DNA of 43,209 nucleotides from a virus. This document shows, in pieces, positions 17,601-25,941 of this stretch. Under the pieces are notes generated by a model. It saw only the letters and a program-made list of their open reading frames with translations, had not been told where the DNA came from and did not search any database. The stretch is taken from positions 1-43,209 of the IMG/VR virus record IMGVR_UViG_3300045988_076668. One strand, 5' to 3'. A program made the position numbers and the translations under genes. Every line of letters begins with the position of its first letter. The first letter of the stretch is position 1.

Positions 17601-19076
17601 ATCCGATGCGTCATCAGTTACTGCGTTGTAAATAACGAATGCGCCGGCAATAGCCGTGACCGCAGCGAGAGCAGCCCCCCAGGGAGTTAATGCCATTACC
17701 GCATTGTAGGCCGTTTGAATGGCCGTCCCAGCCTTGGTGACCATACTAAGCGCCTTTACTGCTTCAGCGCCTGCTTTAACCCCTGTAACAAATTTGGAAA
17801 TATCGCTGATAAGTAGCGCAGCCTTAAATACTCCAATTGAAACTGCCGCAGAGGCAAGAATAGCGACAAAAGTTTTAACCGCATTGACAGCCTGGGTAAA
17901 ATCAAAGTTTCGGATAAACTCCAACGCTGCGTCCGCAATGTCAGACAACGCCGGTTTGATTTGCTCGTAGATAGAGATGGCAAGATTTTGGGCCTCAGTC
18001 TTGACCATCTGTGTCTTGTGCTCCAGCGTATCAGCCATTGTGCTGTACGCTTTCTCTGTGGTACCTGCGCTATTCTGTAACTTCTCCAGGTTGTCATTAA
18101 AGGTGTCAAGGCCCTGGGACACAATAGCGTTTGCAGCTTTGCCAGCTTCGGCGCTCCCCCAAAGATTCATAAGGGCTTCGGCGCTGCCATCAACATGATC
18201 AGAAAGAACCTCAATCACATCGCCAAGGCTCTTTCCTTCCTTCATTAAGGTGCCAAAACTCTTTCCGGTTTCTTTCTTGAGGATCTTCCCAACTTCGCTG
18301 CCGGTGTCGCCAAGCTCATTCAGCATGGAAGAAATATAGGTTGTGGATTCTTCTGTGCTGATACCTGCCTTTGTTAGGCTGACATAGGCAGATTCAAGGT
18401 TGCCCAGATTGACATTATAGGCGGAAGCTGTACTAATCGCTTTGCCCATTGCGCTGGCAAGCTGGTCAATCGTAGTAACACCAAGGTTTTGCGTCTGAAT
18501 CAGGCTGTCCGAAATTGATTCAGCATCGGAAGCACTCATCCCATACGCATTGATGGTGGTTGTGAGGACAGAAAGCGCAGATTCTGCATCTGTGAATCCT
18601 GCTGTGGCAAGTCGGGTTGCATCCCCAACGAGCGAAACCGCGTTTGCAGTATCTCCAGTTGCGGAAATGGCGTTGTAAACCGCCCCAGACAATTCACTTG
18701 CGGATACCCCCATCTCCGAAGACAAGTTCTGGATAGAGCTTTTCATGTCTTCGACGGACATCTGTGAAGTGTCCATGATGGTTTCAACCTGGGCAAAAGA
18801 AGATTCAAACTCTGCCCCGATCTTGCTTATCGCGACAAGTGCTCCAGCGGACGCAGTTGCGACAGCGGCAAGGGCTTTTACGATCCCATTCAATGCTGTT
18901 GTTGCAACAGAATTTAGTTTTTGATAATCCTTTGTAGTAAGTTGTGCATTTTTTTGAATTCCAGAAAACGATTTTTTTGCCTGACTTGCTGCCTTCCCAG
19001 CAGCTTTGTCTAAATCTGAAAGAAATTCTTGATAGTCACCATTAATTTCAATGGTTACAGAACCATCTGCCGCCAT
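14643..19076 (-). CDS. Tape measure protein (1477 aa)
   Basis: Track ORF. Size, Ala/Ser/Gly-rich helical composition, and position after the chaperone/Gp15 genes. Confidence 0.92.
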   Translation of the reverse strand: MAADGSVTIEINGDYQEFLSDLDKAAGKAASQAKKSFSGIQKNAQLTTKDYQKLNSVATTALNGIVKALAAVATASAGALVAISKIGAEFESSFAQVETIMDTSQMSVEDMKSSIQNLSSEMGVSASELSGAVYNAISATGDTANAVSLVGDATRLATAGFTDAESALSVLTTTINAYGMSASDAESISDSLIQTQNLGVTTIDQLASAMGKAISTASAYNVNLGNLESAYVSLTKAGISTEESTTYISSMLNELGDTGSEVGKILKKETGKSFGTLMKEGKSLGDVIEVLSDHVDGSAEALMNLWGSAEAGKAANAIVSQGLDTFNDNLEKLQNSAGTTEKAYSTMADTLEHKTQMVKTEAQNLAISIYEQIKPALSDIADAALEFIRNFDFTQAVNAVKTFVAILASAAVSIGVFKAALLISDISKFVTGVKAGAEAVKALSMVTKAGTAIQTAYNAVMALTPWGAALAAVTAIAGAFVIYNAVTDDASDSQAQLSDSIKELNDDLEAQKQQQEELAQTRESNLSSVNAEIGATEDYISELQGLIDANGKVKDGYEQRAQFLAEQINSVIPNAISLAKDEAGVYIEVADSIDQLIFAKKKEMTLDAMQEEYSNALTGQIEANKNLTQAVDNLAEARRNLAEVQANSRGDERSLAEISAAEDKVRQTERAYEDAKNSALDYQQTINDFEAVGAAQNMDELNSAIQRLSDGFVEFNGSNIAEVETAVGNAIVLYQQLIADAAASWTEMSPSVQANMVGLIEQAQAAMQEQVGVFREAGGYIPTEIANGANEYSYVLPESIQKIVDQAAQYAATNGTPFLNSGQIYDFLMASGIISNGQAVSDATKQVADQAGEAGKQTATQNGGETAAEFGDGYSSRMPSTEAEMEQSTKTAVDNATSGAQGAAASGGQQVGYTIGTNADGSLKISASSMPSTMKGVVGDTISAGDSAASGAGTVGETAVNSAANGLTASGGMLTTAFSGLIDTGVQSALGATASATLISTGIVDKISSGISSGTPDVVSALNNLVTTSVLSSATGASGAAKSVGLAIASGVAAGINAGASQAISAASNMAKSALAAAKSALDIHSPSKAFRWIGEQSVAGLVLGLNDKAKNAQAAAEKLADVVLKETSKLYDKIAEIEAAAQKRADEKELADYEKSLAEKYERLEEAEVDERQDILDEIAELKEDWNEKQLKKQEEAQKEELQSAIDALEEMEDEYQSALDDLKSDRDSLASKLSGDNLFETDYKGETRLLNLDKDIQEIERYGNAMLALQEKGVDAGLYSEILQMEMDEATAFAEKLLSLNDDQYTAYMEAYQKRAEAAKNIAAQIYQDEFESLNQEFVDKMPDELKAAGEDAMTSLAVGVQEEGSTAIAAAKKVADGIIAEINRINAAARLRETVTVSAGSASYRLTRSTDNAMEAKQVESNGSAYRVANAVSFASAPRGDREIVLNVNGKAFARAIVNDIRAVEDQSPRIVSD

Positions 19077-19119
19077 GGGTTACACCACCTTCTCAGTGGG
19101 CCCATCGGCATCTCTGGCA

Positions 19120-19278
19120 CTACTTGGACCGTTCTATTTTAATTTCAAACCAGCGCCCACAATTTCTACCTTTGCAACGTAGAAACAACCCTTCACAAGA
19201 AGCGTTTTCACTTCGTAACACTGGCATTTCGTACCCGCACATAGGGCATCTGATTTTAGTTAGACCCTTTTTCCACAT
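19120..19278 (-). CDS. Small Zn-ribbon protein (52 aa), Mu Com-like Cys pattern
   Basis: Not in track. ATG 19278 lies 9 nt after AGGAGG. Translation MWKKGLTKIRCPMCGYEMPVLRSENASCEGLFLRCKGRNCGRWFEIKIERSK. Confidence 0.45.
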   Translation of the reverse strand: MWKKGLTKIRCPMCGYEMPVLRSENASCEGLFLRCKGRNCGRWFEIKIERSK

Positions 19279-19873
19279 GCTTCTGGGCCTCCTGATACCG
19301 TTTCCGCACCTTTTCGATCAAGGCAGCGTCTCTCTCTTCGACAGTCTGCACTTCTCTCCTTCGATCATCCTTAATCGCATAGAGAGCCCTCATTTTTTTA
19401 TAGTGTTTCTTTTCCTCTTTACTCATTTTGGAAATGTCGGCTGTGCGGTATCGTATGCGCTGCATGAAAAGCGTTTCGGAGGGAAGATTAAATAAGAGAC
19501 GACGAAAAGCCCACCAGTGCAAATCATCCTTAGATAGGTCTATCCCATACGCTGACAGAAAGGAGGCAAGGATTGCTTCTGAATCAATTTCAAAGTCATA
19601 TACCCTGCCTCCTTTCTTTTTTGCTTGTTCTTGTGTTGCCTCTTTGCTTTCTTCCCCACGAAAGAACCACAACATTGCGTCGAACGCTGCGGATATATTG
19701 GAAGGAATCCCGCTCGGGTAAAACAAATTCAAAAGACCTACAACATCTGGATTTTCTTCTTTCAGAATCTCAAGTTCGATAGAAATCCCGACGCGAAAAC
19801 TTGGATTGATCGGGAAGAATTGCCCATCTACATCTACGCTGGTGGGGAATCCGTTAAATGGATTCTCTCTCAC
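19256..19873 (-). CDS. Gp15-family tail-module protein (205 aa)
   Basis: Track ORF (GTG start). FPINPSFRVGISIELEILKEENP... resembles the phage Gp15 family. 20-nt overlap with the chaperone gene. Confidence 0.65.
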   Translation of the reverse strand: MRENPFNGFPTSVDVDGQFFPINPSFRVGISIELEILKEENPDVVGLLNLFYPSGIPSNISAAFDAMLWFFRGEESKEATQEQAKKKGGRVYDFEIDSEAILASFLSAYGIDLSKDDLHWWAFRRLLFNLPSETLFMQRIRYRTADISKMSKEEKKHYKKMRALYAIKDDRRREVQTVEERDAALIEKVRKRYQEAQKHVEKGSN

Positions 19874-20297
19874 GATCTTTTACTCTCTGTTCAGCTTCGG
19901 CACGCAGCTTTGCCCGTTTTTCTGCTCTCAACTGGGAATCATCCATGATAGAGGGAGAAGAAGGCGGATTGAAATCTACCTTCATAGAGCTTACAGTTGC
20001 GGATACTTCTTCGCAAAACTTGGCATAAGCATTGATGATGTCTCTCGCGTTTACATTGTCGCCGAAACACTTCTTGCTCGTCCCTTCGCCACAAAGCACG
20101 TCAAAGAAATCCATAAATGCATTGCACATCATTCTGATTGCCTTAATGCCATTTTTGGCGGGATCTTCCTGAATCATTTCTTTCACACGTTTTCCAACTT
20201 CAGCGATCTCTGTCACACCATTGGTATATAATTCCAAGTTGACGAGATCGAAAGTATCATACTGAATCTCAACGCCGTTGATATTGTAGGTCTCCAT
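19854..20297 (-). CDS. Tail assembly chaperone candidate (147 aa)
   Basis: Track ORF. Position between the major tail and tape measure genes. Acidic/basic helical C-terminus. Confidence 0.6.
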   Translation of the reverse strand: METYNINGVEIQYDTFDLVNLELYTNGVTEIAEVGKRVKEMIQEDPAKNGIKAIRMMCNAFMDFFDVLCGEGTSKKCFGDNVNARDIINAYAKFCEEVSATVSSMKVDFNPPSSPSIMDDSQLRAEKRAKLRAEAEQRVKDRERESI

Positions 20298-20315
20298 AAT
20301 TTATCCTCCTGTCAG

Positions 20316-20822
20316 TTAAACACCGGAATCGTCAGAATATGTGTAGGCAGCGGGAGCAGAGGTCGCCATAATATCAATGTCAATTTCCGAAGATGCACCG
20401 GCATCCCCGGACCCATCAGAGTTCACAATGATAGATGCTGTCCCCTTTTCTCCTTCTCCTGTCAATAGAGAGAAATACACATAAGGTTTAACTACTTTCT
20501 GGCCGGTACCGAACTTAATTGCATGAGACAACACAAAATCCTGGAATTCATCTCCAAAGATACGGTCACCAGTAACATTGAATGTACGCTGAGTAGATGT
20601 TTTGGTAGATACCGCACCCTGTCGGATATACGCTTTTTCATCTGTTTCGGGATTCAACTGACTATCCACCGATGCAATACCGGACTGAACTACGATATAA
20701 TTAGCTACTTTTCCGGCTGATTCTTCCGCGATATCTACGGCAAGAACAAAATCGTCATTTGTTGCAACCCCCGCAAACTCAGCGGAAGGGGTGTAATCAG
20801 CCATCAGAGCGGAAAGTTTCAT
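20316..20822 (-). CDS. Major tail protein candidate (168 aa)
   Basis: Track ORF 20316..20864. ATG 20822 lies 7 nt after AGGAGG. Call is by position. Confidence 0.65.
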   Translation of the reverse strand: MKLSALMADYTPSAEFAGVATNDDFVLAVDIAEESAGKVANYIVVQSGIASVDSQLNPETDEKAYIRQGAVSTKTSTQRTFNVTGDRIFGDEFQDFVLSHAIKFGTGQKVVKPYVYFSLLTGEGEKGTASIIVNSDGSGDAGASSEIDIDIMATSAPAAYTYSDDSGV

Positions 20823-20873
20823 AATATTTCCTCCTAATAAATAAATTTCGGCTCGTCGGCTCACGAAAAAATT

Positions 20874-21323
20874 TTATTCAGATGTGTAATCCATCGTCAT
20901 AATAATTTGGTGATCTTCTGTTCCATCCTCATATCGGTTAAATAAAACGGAATCAGGATCACTTTCGCTTCGAGAAAATTTGACAACCTTTTTCCCGTCC
21001 TCTAATTGAGGCATTGTTCCATTGTTGATAATCCAGTCTGCAAAGCTTTCTAAGGTTTCATCAGCAGTAAGACGCTTGTTATTGCTATTCCCAGGAATAA
21101 CACGGTAAATGATCTTGAATGTATATCTTGCTTGATATGCACCACGAACATATTTCCTAACCATAAATGTGCCCTGGGGCGTGGACAATGACATACCTTC
21201 GGCATCATCAGGAACATAAGTGAAGTTGATCACCCCAACGGGCTTGTCTGGCCAAGTATTGAGCCAAGAAAGCAATGATCTTGAAATAGATTCTTGCTCT
21301 TTATTCGATATTTTTTGTCCCAT
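20874..21323 (-). CDS. Head-tail joining / tail-terminator-position protein (149 aa)
   Basis: Track ORF 20874..21485. ATG 21323 lies 6 nt after GAGG. Confidence 0.55.
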   Translation of the reverse strand: MGQKISNKEQESISRSLLSWLNTWPDKPVGVINFTYVPDDAEGMSLSTPQGTFMVRKYVRGAYQARYTFKIIYRVIPGNSNNKRLTADETLESFADWIINNGTMPQLEDGKKVVKFSRSESDPDSVLFNRYEDGTEDHQIIMTMDYTSE

Positions 21324-21330
21324 AGATACC

Positions 21331-21744
21331 TCACTTAAAGGACTTTTTATATGCCTCTTCCCACCTGGGCATGAACTCTGCCTTTGCCGGTTCAATCCAA
21401 TGTGGTTGAGCAGAGGACCTTGTAAATACCAAAGATTTTCCTGATGGAACCTTCCGAACTCCGGTGCGGGATCTCCACGTCCCATCGGGAAGGCGGAATC
21501 CCGCAGATCCTGTTTGAGGGTCTACGTAAACAATTCCTTCCCAGAGATAATGGGCATAAGGACCAGGATAGATAATTTCATCATCTAAAATCCTTGTGCG
21601 GGCAGCTAAAGTGCCATTCAACCAAGGTAGGAATTTGCTCTCTGTATCTTTCGCTACATTTTTTGTAAGTTCTTTGTTTGCTCTATCAAGTTTTGCTTTG
21701 ATCTTGTCGATATCAATATCAACATGGATAACGACACTTGCCAT
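21331..21744 (-). CDS. HK97 gp10-like head-tail protein (137 aa)
   Basis: Track ORF 21331..21765. ATG 21744 overlaps the upstream TAA. The motif GPYAHYLWEG resembles the gp10 family. Confidence 0.65.
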   Translation of the reverse strand: MASVVIHVDIDIDKIKAKLDRANKELTKNVAKDTESKFLPWLNGTLAARTRILDDEIIYPGPYAHYLWEGIVYVDPQTGSAGFRLPDGTWRSRTGVRKVPSGKSLVFTRSSAQPHWIEPAKAEFMPRWEEAYKKSFK

Positions 21745-22193
21745 TAAGCGCCACCAACTTCCCAATGCTGCATCGAAGGAGAGCCAAAATCTTTTGTATC
21801 CACTTTGGTGATCCTGTGAACATTATCGTAAATCCGATTCATCCACTGAAAGTCCTTCCCTTGCTCAACGATTTCTCCCTTAACAAAGAAAGTAGTTGAG
21901 CTTTGCATAGAATCCGTGTCAAGGGTCCACAAATTGCTTTTATCTTCGGCAGCTTCATATTGCTTTGGGGTTGCAAATCTTTTAGGAAAACCTGTAATCC
22001 CATCAATAGCGTTTACATTAAATGGAATAAATAGGTTGACGACGTCTGCACCTTCCAGCCCACTTTCTCTCACATTGGCGGCATGAGCAGCATCAAAGAA
22101 CACACCCCGCAAAATGGTAATGTTATAAACAGATTCGAAAGTGACTTCATCTTCTGTTATTGTGTAAACAGTTATAGAGTGTGGGGCGTACAT
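21744..22193 (-). CDS. Head-closure-position protein (149 aa)
   Basis: Track ORF 21744..22202. ATG 22193 lies 6 nt after GGGAGGTG. Confidence 0.55.
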   Translation of the reverse strand: MYAPHSITVYTITEDEVTFESVYNITILRGVFFDAAHAANVRESGLEGADVVNLFIPFNVNAIDGITGFPKRFATPKQYEAAEDKSNLWTLDTDSMQSSTTFFVKGEIVEQGKDFQWMNRIYDNVHRITKVDTKDFGSPSMQHWEVGGA

Positions 22194-22573
22194 GGAAAGC
22201 ACCTCCCACCGCGATAGAGCAAGCCAGTTCTTCCAAGATATCTGGATACAATGGAAGACATCTCAACTATAGAGTTCTTCGCTAATTCTGCCGAACTTCG
22301 GTAACTCACAGAGTAACTACCAACCGTCTCACTGGACTTCTCTCCGGTTTCGCTTATAGATGATTCTTGCGCTTTCTCAATAACCTTGTACTGCTCAGAA
22401 AGAGCACAGCAAGCGTCCTTTATTTCCAGCATAGACGCATTCTCAGAGGCTTTTCCGACTGTGATGTAGTCCAGATATTCACTTGCCCGCTTTGCCAGCA
22501 TTGGGAACTCAGATTCTGGAATCAACGTCCCAAGGTAGGTTTCTTTGTAATATGTATAATCCGCATATACCAT
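22172..22573 (-). CDS. gp6-like head-tail connector protein (133 aa)
   Basis: Track ORF. N-terminus MVYADYTYYKETYLGTLIPESEF...ASEYLDYIT is typical of this family. Confidence 0.65.
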   Translation of the reverse strand: MVYADYTYYKETYLGTLIPESEFPMLAKRASEYLDYITVGKASENASMLEIKDACCALSEQYKVIEKAQESSISETGEKSSETVGSYSVSYRSSAELAKNSIVEMSSIVSRYLGRTGLLYRGGRCFPCTPHTL

Positions 22574-22585
22574 AAGAAACCTCCT

Positions 22586-22987
22586 TTATTTTCCCGACTT
22601 TCTGGACGCCTTTGGCTTAGGGTCAAACGTAGCTTTTTTAAAGTTGAATATTACAGCACTTTGCTCATCAACTAAAACCTCAAAAGTATCATTTTCTTCA
22701 ACGCGGAAAATAATATCTGCATCAAAAGGAATGTCCTGTTTGGTTGGCGTTCCATTCTTTTTGAACGTCATTACACTTCCGGTTTTTGTCAGATGAAACG
22801 GGAAATAATACCCGCTCTGCTCTTCTGGGGCGCTGCTGAATTCCGTATAATCAGGAACATAGTGGAATGTCCCGACTACGGAACCATCTTTCTTAACCTT
22901 CAAATCATCACCTACAAGCTCTGAGACTTGTTTCCCCAATAGGGTCTGACTGCTGGGGAAGAGCGTTAAGATGTCAGACCCGATCAT
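22586..22987 (-). CDS. Hypothetical head-module protein (133 aa)
   Basis: Track ORF directly after the major capsid gene. Confidence 0.5.
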   Translation of the reverse strand: MIGSDILTLFPSSQTLLGKQVSELVGDDLKVKKDGSVVGTFHYVPDYTEFSSAPEEQSGYYFPFHLTKTGSVMTFKKNGTPTKQDIPFDADIIFRVEENDTFEVLVDEQSAVIFNFKKATFDPKPKASRKSGK

Positions 22988-23952
22988 TCCCCCGCCGGTG
23001 CATAAATAGCAAAGGGAAATGCCTTTGTATTTTCAACATTATAGGCGTTGATCGGGTTGGGGATTTCCCAGCCCAACCGCATAACGGCACGAAGCGCCAC
23101 CATGTCGTTCTGCATCAAGTTATAGAGAATATTCCCCGTGGATGGATCTTGTACCACGCCGCTGTCGAAAATCTTGAAGGTCATGTCCTGTCGGATGGAA
23201 TAAACCAGCTGGCTCCAGTCACCCACGATGGCAAGGGTCTCCTCCGGGTCATAAGCACCGTTCACGGGAAAATACATGTTCATTCCGTCCAATGCGTAGC
23301 GGGTATCGCCCTGCATATCGGTCTTAAAGATAGGCTGACCGTTCTTGTCCACCAGGCCACGCAGCTTGGCGCGCATCTGAATAGCAGCCATCACGCCGTT
23401 GGGGATATAGCCGCTTTCCTCCACCTTTGCGATCACGCCATCCTCCCCCATGATGTCCTTGAAAATGTCGCTGGTGGCTGTCACAACTGCACTTGCGGTA
23501 GTAGCTGAAGGGACGAGTCCCTCACGCCAAGAGGTGGGCTTATCCGTACCATAAAGGATGGCAGCATCGATAACCTTACCAAACGCCTCTTGGAGGCGGG
23601 GACGAACCTCGCCCCAAATGTCATAATCACTGTCGTCTAATACCGCCTCGGGAATGGGGACGATAACGGCGATCTCCTCGGCGTAAATTTTCTTCTTGTC
23701 CCAGGCCATGTTGGTGGTCTTTTTCAGAGAAGACTTGGAATCGGATGCGCCAGTGGTCGCCTCTCCGTTCACAAAGTAGGCGGTGGGCAAAGCATCCAGC
23801 ACATTAAGAATCTGCGTTTTGCTGGTCATATTGGGTAGCCGCCGGGCCATCCGAAGCACGGCAGATTCCGTAACAGCGCCCTGGATAATCTCGCGGGTCA
23901 CAGGCTCAGGGATAAGCCCGGAAAGTTTACTTCTGTCAATAATATCGGCCAT
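22984..23952 (-). CDS. Major capsid protein (HK97-fold type, 322 aa)
   Basis: Track ORF. Position after the scaffold gene. Contains ...KKIYAEEIAVIVPIPEAVLDDSDYDIWGEVRPRL... Confidence 0.85.
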   Translation of the reverse strand: MADIIDRSKLSGLIPEPVTREIIQGAVTESAVLRMARRLPNMTSKTQILNVLDALPTAYFVNGEATTGASDSKSSLKKTTNMAWDKKKIYAEEIAVIVPIPEAVLDDSDYDIWGEVRPRLQEAFGKVIDAAILYGTDKPTSWREGLVPSATTASAVVTATSDIFKDIMGEDGVIAKVEESGYIPNGVMAAIQMRAKLRGLVDKNGQPIFKTDMQGDTRYALDGMNMYFPVNGAYDPEETLAIVGDWSQLVYSIRQDMTFKIFDSGVVQDPSTGNILYNLMQNDMVALRAVMRLGWEIPNPINAYNVENTKAFPFAIYAPAGE

Positions 23953-23967
23953 CGATAGGCTCCTTTC

Positions 23968-24483
23968 TTATTTGAGTGCGCCCCGTATAAGGGCGTTCAT
24001 TACGTCATTTTCTCCTGTTTGGGGCTTTCCTCCGCCCAAAGGGGCGGTCCAGTCAAAGGTGGTCTTCTTGCGGTCAGCGGTGAGTGCGTCCACGGCCTGC
24101 TCGAAGGTAGTCTTATCGTCTACCATCTTCCCGGCCTTAAATGCAATAAATTCTGCCTCTTCCCCACTAAGACCCTTTTTAAGTACATACAAATCTCTTT
24201 TGAGCTGGTCTCTTTCGTTTTCTGCTGCGGTCAGCTTCCCGGAAAGAACCTCTCTCTCCCCGGTCAACCGTTCCCACTTATCCCTTTCAGACTGCTGATT
24301 TTCTTTCCATGTCCGGAACGCATTTAACTCAGCTTCATCTGGGATACCCTTTGTTGCCTTTGCTACCGCTCTTGCTTTTTCTTTACTGATAAGCGCGTCA
24401 ACTTCGGCCTGAGTAAAGGTCACCTCACCACCTGTCCCCGGTGTCGGGTCCTGTACAACAGGATTGTTAATAGGTTCAGCCAT
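23968..24483 (-). CDS. Capsid scaffolding protein (171 aa)
   Basis: Track ORF 23968..24567. ATG 24483 lies 8 nt after GGAGG. Helical and charged composition. Confidence 0.72.
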   Translation of the reverse strand: MAEPINNPVVQDPTPGTGGEVTFTQAEVDALISKEKARAVAKATKGIPDEAELNAFRTWKENQQSERDKWERLTGEREVLSGKLTAAENERDQLKRDLYVLKKGLSGEEAEFIAFKAGKMVDDKTTFEQAVDALTADRKKTTFDWTAPLGGGKPQTGENDVMNALIRGALK

Positions 24484-24510
24484 TTTACAAACCTCCGTTT
24501 TTTGTTTTTG

Positions 24511-24541
24511 GCCCGTCGGCCACCGTTTAACGCCCGTCGGC
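24511..24541. repeat. Two direct GCCCGTCGGC copies upstream of the scaffold gene
   Basis: Copies at 24511-24520 and 24532-24541, between the terminator and the scaffold SD. Confidence 0.4.
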
Positions 24542-24543
24542 AT

Positions 24544-24586
24544 AAAAAACGAGCCATTAACTACCAAATATGGTAGTCAATGGCTC
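24544..24586 (-). terminator. Rho-independent terminator within the head module
   Basis: 16-bp stem (24551-24566 / 24571-24586) plus TTTTTT on the minus strand. The single non-Watson-Crick position is a G-U wobble on the minus-strand RNA but an A-C mismatch on the plus strand. Confidence 0.7.
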
Positions 24587-24598
24587 AATGGCTCTCGA

Positions 24599-24760
24599 TC
24601 AGTTATATTTGATTTCTCCAGACCAATTACATCTGGTCCCATCCTGTCTTTTTTGTTTGCACATAACATATACGCCGCGTGCCCCAGGTTTTACTGGATG
24701 GATTTTTTTCCCGCAATTTGGGCAACAAAACCATGTTTTCCCATTTATCTCCTTAATCAA
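24599..24760 (-). CDS. Small Zn-ribbon protein candidate (53 aa), TTG start overlapping the upstream TGA
   Basis: Not in track. TTGA overlap with the stop of 24757..25941. Translation (M)IKEINGKTWFCCPNCGKKIHPVKPGARGVYVMCKQKRQDGTRCNWSGEIKYN. Confidence 0.4.
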   Translation of the reverse strand: MIKEINGKTWFCCPNCGKKIHPVKPGARGVYVMCKQKRQDGTRCNWSGEIKYN

Positions 24761-25941
24761 TATGTAACCGCCGCCCTTTCGTATTGTGTTGGAAGTCCAG
24801 CTTTTTTGCTGAACGCATCATAATATTTCCGAAGCCTTTTAATTCGAATATTTACAGCTTGCGCGTCCTCTGAAAGCGCCGCAGCTTCATACGCCTTAGC
24901 TTCTCTTCGTAGTTTTCTAAGCGTTCTTTCCACTCTCCGCTGCTCCTGACTTGCTTCATATTGATTATATTCTTTCCCTTGATAAACGAAGGGCGGTTTA
25001 TCTATCTTATTTAAGTCCTCATCTGTATAGGTTCGATAAGATACTCCTTCTATATACGGATAATATCTGTGGCGGCAATTCCACCCTCCGAGACCGGCAC
25101 CCTGTCCAAAACCTGTTGTCAACTCAAAGTCTTTATACTTTCCTTTTGAGGTTTTCGGCTTCTTTGACCAACGATATACTTTCCCTTGCCATGACGCATG
25201 GTTCTCAATCCCATACCCGGTGTTTCTTGCACCTGCATGAGCTGTTACCTCTACGAGATCGGTCTCCAAGTCATCTTGCAATGTTTCCATATAAACTGTA
25301 TTCATTCGGTTTATGCTTGACATTACCGCCCGCCGGACGGACACATCTACTTGATCTCTATGTCCACTTTCCCAGTCAACCGTTTTTAGGCCGCTGTCCG
25401 CCAGACCTTTCACAGCTTTCCTAATAGCCGAGTTATAATCAATCGCACCAGACATAATCTCAAGTTCCGCCTGGTCTAACGCCCATTGATATGCCTCCAA
25501 CGCAGACATGACTTTTTGGGAATTGCTCATCCCAACAAACCCCATCGAACGAGTGATGTTCCTATATTCTGAAAGAGCTTGCTTTCTAATCGCCTCAACA
25601 TCCACGTCGTTAATCATTAACTTTGGCGTTGTAATCGCTGCGATTGTCAACATTTCCTTCGCATAATTTTGATATCTTGAAATTACATCATCAAGTAGTT
25701 TATTTAACTCTTTCTCTCCAATCTCAGTTACAGAAGATATTGCTTCTTCAATTTCTTTTAGATCAATTCCATGGCTCCTTAATGCTCTGATTGCTTCAAC
25801 TGTTACCTCATTAAGTTCTCCTGCTTTTTTTAGCCTTTTACATATCTCAATAAGAAGTGTATCTTCGAGCCCCCTAAACAGCTTTGCGAGCGGTTCTGGC
25901 ATTGAATCTAAAACTTCTGGAGTGAAAGGATATCTCGGCAT
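24757..25941 (-). CDS. Minor capsid / head-morphogenesis protein (Mu F / SPP1 gp7-like, 394 aa)
   Basis: Track ORF. Position after the portal gene. Motif GGWNCRHRYYPY. Confidence 0.8.
   Translation of the reverse strand: MPRYPFTPEVLDSMPEPLAKLFRGLEDTLLIEICKRLKKAGELNEVTVEAIRALRSHGIDLKEIEEAISSVTEIGEKELNKLLDDVISRYQNYAKEMLTIAAITTPKLMINDVDVEAIRKQALSEYRNITRSMGFVGMSNSQKVMSALEAYQWALDQAELEIMSGAIDYNSAIRKAVKGLADSGLKTVDWESGHRDQVDVSVRRAVMSSINRMNTVYMETLQDDLETDLVEVTAHAGARNTGYGIENHASWQGKVYRWSKKPKTSKGKYKDFELTTGFGQGAGLGGWNCRHRYYPYIEGVSYRTYTDEDLNKIDKPPFVYQGKEYNQYEASQEQRRVERTLRKLRREAKAYEAAALSEDAQAVNIRIKRLRKYYDAFSKKAGLPTQYERAAVTY

Noticed and set aside
15751-18198. Multiple 60-130-aa ORFs on both strands inside the tape measure gene
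   Set aside because: All are nested in the continuous 1477-aa frame, with Ala/Ser/Pro-rich antisense-type composition.
19854-19873. Programmed -1 frameshift (G/GT-type) between the chaperone gene and the Gp15-like gene
   Set aside because: I could not find a heptanucleotide slippery site in the 20-nt overlap. The downstream gene has its own GTG start and belongs to a family that is normally expressed separately.
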